Assembly (NCBI RefSeq): GCF_018350175.1
Contig: NC_058373.1
Span: 114,702,001-114,766,000, forward strand
Source: Felis catus
Lineage: Eukaryota
Direction: 5' to 3'
Length of the DNA stretch: 64,000 nt
The notes under the pieces are model-generated. The model was not told the DNA's origin, searched no databases, and saw only the letters and a list, made by a program, of their open reading frames with translations. This document shows, piece by piece, positions 51,475 to 64,000 of the stretch. The stretch's first letter is position 1. Each line of letters begins with the position of its first letter. The translations under genes and the position numbers were made by a program.

Positions 51475-52020
51475 AATAAACATTAAAATTTCTTTTGTAA
51501 AAATTAGTTTATTTTCTAATGTAAAAGAAGTCTAGAGGTAGGTAGTTCAGGGTTAATATGGAAACCACAGAAGGCATCAAGGATCCAGGTTTCTTCTCTC
51601 TCTCCACTCCACCCTCCTAGGCACCTGGCTTCCATCTTCAAAGTGCCACTGTGGTGGCAGAGAGCTGTTGGAGCCCCAGCTATCAAGTCCTAGTCTTAGC
51701 AAGAAATAAGCGGAAGGCTAACAACAAAAAGGCCTGTGACAGTTGTCTGTCTCCTTTTTTTTTTTTTTTAATTTTTTTTCAACGTTTTTTATTTATTTTT
51801 GGGACAGAGAGAGACAGAGCATGAACGGGGGAGGGGCAGAGAGAGAGGGAGACACAGAACCGGAAACAGGCTCCAGGCTCGGAGCCATCAGCCCAGAGCC
51901 TGACGCGGGGCTCGTACTCACGGAGTGTGAGATTGTGACCTGGGCTGAAGTCGGACGCTTAACCGACTGCGCCACCCAGGCGCCCCATCTGTCCCCTTTT
52001 TAAGAACTACTGAAAGTCTA

Positions 52021-52450
52021 GGGGCACCTGGGTGGCTCAGTCAATTGAGTGTCTGATCTCAGGTCATGATCTTGTGGCTCGTGGGTTTGAGCACCACACC
52101 ACACAGGTTGTCAGTGGGAGCCTGCTACAAGTCCTCTGTCCCCCTTTCTCTCCACCTACCCTGCTCACGCTCTCTCTCAAAAATAAACAAACACTGGGGC
52201 GCCTGGGTGGCGCAGTCGGTTGAGCGTCCGACTTCAGCCAGGTCACGATCTCGCGGTCCGTGAGTTCGAGCCCCGCATCGGGCTCTGGGCTGATGGCTCG
52301 GAGCCTGGAGCCTGTTTCCGATTTTGTGCCTCCCTCTCTCTGTGACCCTCCCCCGTTCATGCTCTGTCTCTCTCTGTCTCAAAAATAAATAAAAAAAGTT
52401 TAAAAAAAAATTAAAAAAAAATAAACAAACACTAAAAAAAAAAAAAAAAA
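52021..52450 (+). mobile_element. Nested SINE pair: young SINE (52196-52416) inserted in the tail of an older SINE
   Basis: TSD aaaaataaacaaacact at 52179-52195 and 52417-52433. Confidence 0.9.
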
Positions 52451-52599
52451 GAACTACTGAGAGTCTAGTGCAAAAACTTTCGTTTAGACCTTACTGGCCA
52501 GAACTTAATCACATGGCCATATCCATTACCAATGAAGACAGAAAAGAAATTTTGGGGAAATGCAATGTAAGTGCATTTTTAAATGCAATTAAAAAAAAA

Positions 52600-54200
<1,601 letters not shown>

Positions 54201-54373
54201 TTAAATGCCCCCTGACTTTTGCTACTAGGCAGAGGGGAGAATGGAGATATTGGGTAGGCCACTGGCATTTCCTGCCATTGTTCCTCTTGAATTTTCTGTC
54301 TATGACATCCCAGGGTTTGGAATTAAGTTGTCCTCAAAATCAATGAATAAATGAATAAAGCATTTTTAGAAAT

Positions 54374-54427
54374 GCAGCTCATGGCACAATATTCTAAATC
54401 AAGCAGCTCATGGCACAATATTCTAAA
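54374..54427. repeat. Tandem duplication with 29-bp period (25 bp identical)
   Basis: gcagctcatggcacaatattctaaa occurs twice, at the edge of an L1 3' end. Confidence 0.9.
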
Positions 54428-57206
54428 ATGAATTGACTTTATTTCTAGGACAGTTTTAGGTTTACAGAAAACTTGAACAGAAACTAGAGTGTTCCCATAC
54501 ACTACTCCCGCCACCCCAATACACACATACACATACAGTTCCCTCTACTATTAAATTTTGCACTGGTGTGGTACATTTGTTTCAACTGACTAACCAATAT
54601 TGATAAATTATTACCAACTAAAGAATATAGTTTATTTTAGTGTTTTCCCTTTGTGTTGCACAATTCTATATGGGTTTTGATACATGCATAATGTCATGTA
54701 TCCCCCATTACAGTATCATACAGAATAGTTTCACTGCCCTAAAAAATCCTCTGTGCTCCACCTATGCACCCCTCCTTTCCTCCCCAGGAATGCCTAGCAA
54801 CCACTGATTTTTTTTTACTGTTGCCACAGTTTTGCCTTTTTTATAATGTCATATAGTTGGAAACATACAGTATGTACCCTTCTCAGACTGGCCTCATTCA
54901 CTTAGCAATATGCACTTAAGATTCCTCTATGTCTTTTTGTGGCTTGATAGCTCATTTCTTTTTATTGCTGAATAACATCCCACTGTATGGATGTGCCACA
55001 GTTTGGTTGTACATTCACCTATCGAAGAACGTCTTGGTTGCCTTCAATTTATGACCAAAGCTGCTATAAACATTTGTGTGTAGGTTTCTGTGTGGACTTA
55101 AGTTTTCACTCATTTGAGCAAAAACCTAGGAGCATGATTTCTGGATCATATAGTAAAACTATATTTAGCTTTGTGAAAAACTGACAAAATATCTTTAGAA
55201 GTGGCTGCACCATTTTGCATTCCCACCAGTAATGAATGAAAGTTCCTGTTGCTCCATATCCTCATCACCATTTGGTGTTATCAGTGTTTGAATTTTAGCC
55301 ATTCTAAAATGATTTAGCCATTCAATGAGATGATGTTATCTAATTGTTGTTGTTGAGAGAGACAGAGAGGAAGAGGGGCAGAGGGAGAGGGAGAGAGAGG
55401 AAGAGGGGCAGAGGGAGAGAGAGAGAATCTTAATCTCAACACAGAGCCTGATGTGGGACTTGATCCCATGACCTTGGGATGATGACCTGAGCAGAAATCA
55501 TGAGTCTGACGCTCAACTGATTGATCCACCCAGGCACCCCTCTAATTGTTGTTTTAATTTACAATTTCCTAGTTACATATAATGTTGAACATCTTTTCAT
55601 CTGCTTATTTGGATAGCCTATATCTTATTCAGTGAGGTGTCTATTCAAATCTTTTGATCATTTAATTTTTTCATTTTTTATTTTTGAGAGAGAGAGAGCA
55701 CGCACAAGGGTGAGTGAGGGGCAGAGAGAGAGGGAGAGAGAGAAGCCTGAAGGGGTAGAGCTCACCTGATATGGGGCTCAAACTCACAAACTATGAGACC
55801 ATGACCTGAGCTGAAGTGGGACACTTAACCAACTGAGCCATCCAGGAGCCCCACTTTTGGTTACTTTTTAATTGGGTTGTTGAGTTTCAAAATTTCCTTG
55901 TATATTCTGGATAATAGTCTTTTATTAGATAAGTGTTTGCAGATGTATCCTCTCAATCTGTGGCCTATCTTTTCATTCTCTTGTCTAATCATTTTTTTTG
56001 GCATAAAGTTGTTCATCATACTTTGCAGTTTCTTAAATCTCTGCTTATTTTATATCCCCCCTTAAATAAACATTATTTATTTGTTGCTACTTCTCTTTTA
56101 TCTAGATCAATCTCACAGGAACTTGTTTTATTAGTCTTTTCAAATATCTAACTTTAGTTCTTTTGTTCATCTATCACATCTTTTTCTATTTTATTAATTT
56201 ATTCTCTGATCTTTATCTTCTTCCTTCCTACTATTTTGGATTTATGTTTTTTGTTTCTTCTACTGTATTAGGATGATCACTTACATATTTAATTTTTAGT
56301 TTTTCTTATTTTAGAGTGTAAAAGCATATAAGGTTATTAATTTGCCTGCATCCTATAAATTTTCATATATAGTATTTTTATTACCTCTCAAATCTATTAT
56401 TATAACTTTATTTCCATGGGATTTTTTCTTTGGTCTTTCAGTTATTAAGATTTTTTTAAATCTTCAGATATATAGAGTTTTAAAAATAATTTTGTTATTG
56501 ACTTCTAGCTTAATTGTACTAAGATCAGAGAATGAGATCTGTATGATAGCAATTTTATGCAATTTGTAGTAAATTGCTCACTGGCCTAAATAAAAGTTAA
56601 TTTTCTTAAGTCTTCTTTGTAAGTTTTGTTTTGTTTGTTTTTTTGTTGCTGCTTCATTGTCCTTTATTTTTTTTAATTACTTTATTTAAATTCAAGTTAG
56701 TTAACAATGTTCTATTAGTTTCAGGAGTAGAACCCAGTGATTTGTCACTTACATATGACACCCAGTGCTCATCCCAACAAGTGCCCTCCTTAATGGCATC
56801 ACCCATTTAGTCCATCCCCTTCCTGATAAGTTTTTTTTTTATTTTTTATTTTTTTAAATTTTTTTTTCGTTTATTTATTTTTGGGACAGAGAGAGACAGA
56901 GCCTGAACGGGGGAGGGGCAGAGAGAGAGGGAGACACAGAATCGGAAACAGGCTCCAGGCTCTGAGCCATCAGCCCAGAGCCCGACGCGGGGCTCGAACT
57001 CCCGGACCGCGAGATCGTGACCTGGCTGAAGTCGGACGCTTAACCGACTGCGCCATCCAGGCGCCCCTGATAAGTTTTAAAAGTATTTGTGTTCTCAAAA
57101 TGCTGGATGCAGAGTTCTATACGTGTTCCTTAGAAACTGTTAATTAATGGTGTTGGAGATACTCCAGCAATGACTGGTGATTCTTGGATATATTTACCTA
57201 TGTAGA

Positions 57207-57788
57207 TGTTATTGACTGAATGTTTTGTGTCTTCTCAAAATCCATATGTTGAAAACTAACTTCCAGTATAATGATATCAGGAGGTGGGGACTTTGGGAGG
57301 TGATTAGGTCATGAGAGTGGAACCTCATGAATGAGATTAGCAACTTATAAAAGAGGCCCACAAGAGCTCCTTATCTCTTGGCCAAGTGAGGGCACAATGA
57401 AAAGACAGCAGTCTATAAACTAGGTGGCAGGCACTCACCAGACAGAAAAAATCTGTCAGCACCTTGATCATGGACTTCCCTGCCCCAAAACTATGAGAAA
57501 TAAATTTATGTGTTTTTTTTTTCAATGTTTATTTATTTTTGAGAGACAAAGCATGAGCAGGGGAGGGGCAGAGAGAAAGGAAGACAGAGAATCCGAAGCA
57601 GGCTTCAGGCTCTGAGCTGTCAGCACAGAACCTGACACAGGGCTCAAACTCCTGAATGGTGAGATCATGACCTGAGCTGAAGTTGGACACTTAACAGACT
57701 AAGCCACACAGGCACCCCTAAATTCCTATTGTTTATAAGCCACCTAGTCAATGGCATTGTGTTACAATAGTCCACACAGACTAAGACA
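57207..57788 (+). mobile_element. MaLR LTR (MLT1A-like) interrupted by a SINE (~57512-57718)
   Basis: tgttattgactgaatgttttgtgtc...ataagccacctagtcaatggcattgtgttacaatag...gactaagaca. Confidence 0.75.
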
Positions 57789-57886
57789 AAGAATGAGGTA
57801 CTAAAAAGCTGACTGGGAATCCTTTATGCACAGATGGGGCTTGTTGGGTTGGAACTTCAGTGTAGGACCCAGACAATTTATTATGG

Positions 57887-58397
57887 TGTAGGGGAGGAAA
57901 ATTTGTTTCCTCTACCCTTCTAGATTCTTCTCGCTGGTCTATTAATTAAATTGACATAAGACAGATTAACAGAAGAAAACAAATTGAGAGTCCTATAAGA
58001 ATGAGACCCAAGGACAAGTCAGGCAATTGAGGCTTAAATGCCATCTTAAGTTAAAGAATAGAATAGAATAGAATAGAATAGAATAGAATAGAATAGACTA
58101 GACTAGACTAGACTAGACTAGGCCTGGGGATTCAAATGGGAGGAGGGGAACTCCCAGGACAATAAGAGCAGGTATTTGGTAATTAGATATTTGTCCTGCC
58201 GTACATTAAAAGTTATTAAAAGTTATCTCTGGTAATAAGTCTCTTTCTGAGCCAGACCCCCATTTTAAATTCTTTATGTAGTTAAAAGACAGGTAAAACT
58301 TTTCCTTAAACCTGTTGGGTCTTAATTGCCTTTAGTTCAAAATAATCCACATGTCAAAATGGCATTATGTTGGTGTCCTGTATTCTGCTCCTCCTCA
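57887..58397 (-). mobile_element. Solo ERV1-class LTR (MER34-like)
   Basis: TG...CA termini on the minus strand; perfect 4-bp TSD ATGG (57883-57886, 58398-58401). Confidence 0.75.
58056..58120. repeat. Compound pentanucleotide (GAATA)8(GACTA)5
   Basis: Direct reading; lies inside the solo LTR. Confidence 0.95.
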
Positions 58398-59271
58398 ATG
58401 GGATTCCTTAAATGTCAATATTCTGTCATTCCAATCAAATTTATGTCTTATAAAATTACACTGAGATTTGTCTGCTATTAACTCCATTCCTATTCTTATT
58501 TTTAAATTTTTTTAATGTTTATTTATTTTTGAGAGAGACAGAGACAGAATGCAAGTGGGTTGGAGCAGAGAGAGAGGGAGACACAGAATCTGAAGGAGGC
58601 TCCAGGCTCCGAGCTGTCAGCACAGAGCCTGATGTGGGGCTCAAACGCACGAGCTATGAGATCATGACCTGAGCCAAAGTCGGATGCTTAACCAACTGAG
58701 CCACCCAGGTGCCCCTCTCCATTCCTATTCTTTTTCTTCTTTGGGTTTATAAACTTTTCACTCCTTTACTTTCATTTTTAAAAAAAAAAAAAACCTTTTT
58801 ATTGAAGTGTATATGCATCCAGGAAAGTGTCCACAAATATGTAACGTGAACACACACGTAAACCAGCACTCAGATTAAGAAACAGAACGTTATCAGCACT
58901 TCATGAGCCTCCTCATGCTCTCTTCCAGAGTCATTACTCTACGTTGACTTCTAACAGCATGGATATTTGGGTAGTTTCCAGTTTAGGGCTGTTGCCAACA
59001 TGAGTATGGGTTTTTTTGTATATGTCCGTTCAGTGAACATATGTACACATTTTTGTTGGGCTTATACCTAGGAGTGAAACTGTTGGGACAGAGGCTATGC
59101 ATATATTTAGCTTTAGTTGATCCTGCCAAACAGTTTAACAAAGTGATGGTACCCATTTATTTACCCTCAGAAGCATATGAGAGCTCTGGTTGCTCCACAA
59201 CCTTGTCAATCCTTGGCGTTTTGTGTCTTTTTCATTTTAGTCTTTCTGGTGGGTATGGTCTCTCATTGTGG

Positions 59272-59492
59272 TTTTTTTTTTTTTTTTTCAACGTTTATTT
59301 ATTTTTGGGACAGAGAGAGACAGAGCATGAACGGGGGAGGGGCAGAGAGAGAGGGAGACACAGAATTGGAAACAGGCTCCAGGCTCTGAGCCATCAGCCC
59401 AGAGCCCGACGCGGGGCTCGAACTCACGGACCGTGAGATCATGACCTGAGCCGAAGTCGGACGCTTAACTGACTGAGCCACCCAGGCGCCCC
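59272..59492 (-). mobile_element. Young feline SINE with perfect 15-bp TSD
   Basis: TSD tctcattgtggtttt at 59261-59275 and 59493-59507; CpGs retained. Confidence 0.93.
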
Positions 59493-60419
59493 TCTCATTG
59501 TGGTTTTAATTTGCATTTCATTTTAACTTTTTTGTTTGTTATTTTAGATGTTTCTGGATGGAGCAGATTAAAATGCAGGGAGTTAATCCTCTACATCTGC
59601 CATAAATTTCCCCCTTATGGGTACTTACCTAAAGGAACTTAGAACTTCTTTTCCTTTACAGGAGGCAATATAATCTAGAGAATGAGGGCAACATGCTTTG
59701 TAAGAAGATATGCTGAGGTTTGATTCACAGCTCCAATGCTTACTTGCTGCTACCTTGAGAAATTTATTTAACCTTTCTCCATTTTATGTAAAATGTCACT
59801 GATAATAGTACTGTTTCAGGAGGTTGTTGTGAGGATTAAATGAGATAAAATACATAAAACAATTTGCAAAGTTTCTAGCACAGTGCATGTACACAGTCAA
59901 CAATGGCATCTATTATTGTACTTTACATTGTTTATGCACATCGCATTTCTCCTTCCGTTACACATTCTATGACAAAATAACAACACAGAGCACACATTAG
60001 CTTCTTCAAATATAATAGTTGCTGATAAAGACCGGTTGAATGAATGATTTTAAATATAAACACAAGGTATTGTGGTTATTGTTATACAAGATGGCATAAT
60101 TATTGTAATGGCAATGGTAGAAAATGCACTGCTACTCAGGAATACATTATTTAAACAAGGGTCTGTCTTATTTACCTTTATCATTTAACAGTTAAGAAAA
60201 TTAGAGCAGTAGAGTAGCATTACTGGAGCTAATTAGTAATAACAATTAGATGTTCCATATTGCATTTGAGAGGGTTCCAGAGGCCACTCCTTTCAAAACC
60301 CAAATCAAAACAAACAAAAATACCACCCCAGAAACAAAAACACAAATACCCTTTTCTGAAGAGACGATAAGCCTTTCCAATTTTAACAGATCCTTTGTTC
60401 AGCACTGGAGAAACTGGGG

Positions 60420-61140
60420 CGGGCACAGCTGCCCTAGCAGCTACCGTACAATATGGCGTCGCCCATTTGTACACACCGGCTGGGATTACATCCTCCTAGC
60501 CCGTCGCAGGACCGGAAGTGGCTTCGGCCCTAGTGGATCCGGGTGGGTGCGCGCAGGTGGCGGTGGAGGGTTCCAGCTCTTCAGCGTGAGGTGCCGCAGG
60601 TGTTCGGTTTGGGTCCCGGTCGCAGGTGAGTGAGGATCAGGGACCCGCGAGGCCTTTCACCCGCCTCTGCGAGGGAAGGAGGGGGTTTCCAGTGCCGATT
60701 GAAGGGAAGGGTTGTGGAGCCGGCGATGTCACTGTCTGCGGGGGCGACTTATTGCGCGGACCCCGCCGTCCCCAAGCGACTTGGCCCAGCCTTTCCTTCT
60801 TCCCCTACCCGGCGCGGCCTCCTCGCTCCCCTGCCCCGCGGCGGTTCAGCACCCAGGGGTGCGACGAGGGCTCTCGTCCCGGGCCGCGGCCACCCACGCG
60901 CCCTCTCGAACTCCCTTCGTCTCTTTAGGAGCACGTACCAAACCTTCATGGTTTCTAGACCCAGTCAGCTCAAAAGGAGGCACCGCCCACAGCACCTGGC
61001 AACTCCTTGGGCGCCGCTGCGTGTTCCACGCGGCCACAGTGACAGTTTCTCCCCGAGATTCGTGGGGACCTGCCCCCGCCTCTGCTGTTACCACCCCTTT
61101 CCTCCCAGACCACACCCGCTGCTCTGGGCCTTGCTGGGAG
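60420..61140 (+). promoter_or_regulatory. EXD2: CpG island promoter, probably of EXD2
   Basis: CpG-rich; YY1-like AATATGGCG (60451), ETS ACCGGAAGTG (60511-60520), NRF1-like TGCGCGCA (60548-60555). Gene identity is inferred from recalled DCAF5-EXD2 synteny and spacing, not from coding sequence. Confidence 0.75.
60510..60625 (+). other. EXD2: Putative non-coding first exon (EXD2 5' UTR); start approximate
   Basis: Consensus donor CAG|GTGAGT at 60625/60626 downstream of the ETS/YY1 motifs; no ATG within 60510-60625. Confidence 0.65.
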
Positions 61141-61614
61141 CCACCTCTTTTCTCGCATCCCTGGGATCAAAACTAGAACCCTAGTGGTTAGTGCACGATT
61201 GATCCTTGCTCATTAAAAGAAAAGCAAACCCAGCCCTTTCTAAGCTTTTGATATACTGATTGGACGCAAACTCTCTTAGGTGCCCATGCCTTGGAAACAT
61301 TACATTACTTTTACCGTATTTTAAAAATTGTATTACATGGTTAGAAGGAACCTCCCGGGAAGATTTTGTTAATTATCAGAGTTAGGAAGTGCGGGAGACA
61401 AGCAGTTTATTGGGGGAAGTAATGATTGGTTTTGGTCAAGTTCAGTTAGTTTTAAAAAATGTATTTATTCTTTTATATTTATTTTAGTTGCAGTCCATGC
61501 ATACGGTCCTAAAAAAAAAATCATGTAAGAAATTTAAAATGGATATTTGATCTCTCTCCATCTCCATCTTCTTTAATTTCTTAGCCCTAAAGTAAGAACT
61601 GTTACCAGTTTGGG

Positions 61615-61615
<1 letters not shown>

Positions 61616-61667
<52 letters not shown>
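61616..61667. repeat. (TG)26 perfect microsatellite
   Basis: Direct reading. Confidence 0.97.
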
Positions 61668-61670
<3 letters not shown>

Positions 61671-62086
61671 CTCTTTCTTTACATTTATTGACAAGTGTTT
61701 GTTCATATAAGTTACATGCATATAAGATTTCATGTTAAATTTTTACTGACATACTTTACAAATACAGCATATTGTACCTATTCAGCAACTTGATTTTTTA
61801 TACTTAAAAATGGGCCTTGGAACTTTTTATTTGTCCATATGTAGAGAGACCTACTTTATTTTACTTGCTCTGTAAATTCCATGGTATATTAAGATTTCAC
61901 AGTATGAGCAGTTCCATAGATTGTTTACAGTTGGACACAGTGAGGCAGAGAACATCCTTCCAAATGTGTCTGTGTGCCCATGTGAACATTTCAAACCTGC
62001 AGATTGAATTGCTGGGTGGGAGGGTGTGGACATCTAAGGCTAAACTGCCCACCATCAGTGTATAATGATGTCTGTTTCCCTAGCTC

Positions 62087-62312
62087 TTTTTTTTTTTTTT
62101 ATTTTTTTTCAACGTTTATTTATTTTTGGGACAGAGAGAGACAGAGCATGAACGGGGGAGGGGCAGAGAGAGAGGGAGACACAGAATCGGAAACAGGCTC
62201 CAGGCTCTGAGCCATCAGCCCAGAGCCCGACGCGGGGCTCGAACTCACAGAGCACGAGATCGTGACCTGGCTGAAGCCGGACGCTTAACCGACTGCGCCA
62301 CCCAGGTGCCCC
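62087..62312 (-). mobile_element. Young feline SINE with perfect 14-bp TSD
   Basis: TSD tccctagctctttt at 62077-62090 and 62313-62326. Confidence 0.93.
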
Positions 62313-62707
62313 TCCCTAGCTCTTTTAAACATGTGATGCTATCAATCTTTTTCATTTTTGCCCATCTAGTGGGTGAAAAATGATTCTAATTGGTGTTTTA
62401 ATTTGTACTTACCTAGTTACCAGTGAGACTGGGAATCTTTTCATGATTGTTGGCTATTTGCATTTCCTGTTTTGAGAAATGTCTCGTTTTTATTGTTTTT
62501 TTTTTTAATATATGGTAGAGTTTTATGTATTCTGGATATCAATCTTTTGTCATTTATATCTGTTTTAAGTATTTATTCCTAACTTAGTGCTTTTTTAATG
62601 TTGATTCTTGCCTTTTAACTATATGGCACTTTGTCAAACCATAGACATTTGAACGTATCTGTCTTTCACTATGTGTATTTTGTATTTTGTGGCTCTCATT
62701 CCCTATC

Positions 62708-62912
62708 TGAGTGGTTCTCCAGTGGGAGATATTTTGCCTTCCAGGGACCATTTGGCAATGTGAGGAGACATTTTTTGGTTGTCTAACGGGGGTCATCTAC
62801 TGAGCAGAAACTACAGATGCTGCTAAACATCTTACAATACACAGGAAAGCCCTCCATAACAAAGAATTGTTCTGGACTAAAATGTCAATGGTATTGAGGT
62901 TGAAGAGCCCTG
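62708..62912 (+). mobile_element. MER20
   Basis: gtggttctcca...ttttgccttccagggaccatttggcaatgtgaggagaca...gaggttgaagagccctg. Confidence 0.8.
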
Positions 62913-62938
62913 TTTTACCCTAAGGCACATCAGGGTTT

Positions 62939-62969
<31 letters not shown>

Positions 62970-64000
62970 TTTTTTTAATGTTTATTTTTGTGAGAGACAT
63001 AGTGCAAGCGGGGGAGAGGCAGAGAGAGAGGGAGACACAGAATCCGAAGCAGGTTCCAGGCTCTGAGCTGTCAGCTCAGAACCCAATGCGGAGCTTCAAC
63101 TCGTGAACCATGAGATCATGACCTAAGCTGAAGTCAGATGCTCAACTGACTAGGCCACACAGGTGCCCCTAGGTTTTCCTCTTATGAGTATATTCTCTTC
63201 TATAAATTCTTGTATGTTTGAGTTTTTCTTTAATTCCTCACACACATCCAGTGTGTATGTGTGTGTGTGTGAATGGTGAGTGCATAATTATCATTTTCCC
63301 AACAGTATCACTCTGAATATTAAATCTATCCTTGACCCATTAATCTAAAATGTCACGTTTATCATTTACTACTTTCTCACACCCACAGTCTGTTTCTGGA
63401 CTCCCTTCTGCTTTGTGGCCTGGTTTTCTGTTTTGCAGGACCAATTCCACAGTATCCTATGTTCAATACATATTTTGATATCTAGGGGGATAAATACTCC
63501 CTTATATTATTACTGTCATTTTATTGAAACTCATATACTTTTTCAGCTGACGTACTCATTTAAAAAACATTTGTGGGGCTAATCTTAGAATTTCTTTTCC
63601 TGACTTTTAGAATTAGCTTGTCAAGTTTTTTTAAAAAATGGCTTTATTGAGATGTAATTTATATAACTCATTGTTTAAAGTATACACTTCAGTGGTTTTT
63701 TTGTGTGTGTATTCACAGTTGTGCAGCCATCACCACAATCTAATTTTGGAACATTTTCGTCACCCCAAAAAGAAACCTGTGCCAGTTAGCAGTCGTTCCC
63801 CATTTCATTCCCCAGTACCTGAGCCCTAGGCAACCACTAATCTTTCTGCCTTTACAGATCTGAATATTTTGTATAAATGGAATCATACAATTTGTGGTAT
63901 CTTGTGACAGGCTTCTTTCACTCAGCATAATGTTTTCAAGTCTCATCCATGTTGTGGAATGTATCAGTACTCATCATTTTTTTTTTTTTTACCCCTGAAT

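Noticed and set aside
60250..61184. ORFs of 100-184 aa over the second CpG island
   Set aside because: GC-island artefacts that cross or follow the splice donor; no resemblance to EXD2 protein.

Overview
Mammalian (felid-type) nuclear DNA, identified by dozens of tRNA-derived carnivore SINEs of the feline SINEC_Fc type. One real protein-coding segment is visible: coding exon 1 of DCAF5 (WDR22) on the minus strand (23421-23634), in a CpG island, with intron 1 running to the left edge of the window. A second CpG island at ~60.4-61.1 kb has a plus-strand first exon and splice donor. From recalled human 14q24.1 synteny this is most likely the non-coding first exon of EXD2, about 37 kb away and divergent from DCAF5. 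The rest is repeat-dominated: a U6 snRNA retrocopy, a processed HNRNPA1 pseudogene, a fragmented ERV-L provirus, solo LTRs, hAT DNA-transposon fossils, L1, L2, MIR and microsatellites. I found no convincing novel multi-gene system. The best leads are a 3-codon uORF with an optimal Kozak context upstream of the DCAF5 start, a ~355-bp local templated duplication dropped into a Charlie1 fossil, and a promoter-like motif cluster at the intronic edge of the DCAF5 island. Repeat family names come from my memory of consensus sequences, and repeat boundaries are approximate.
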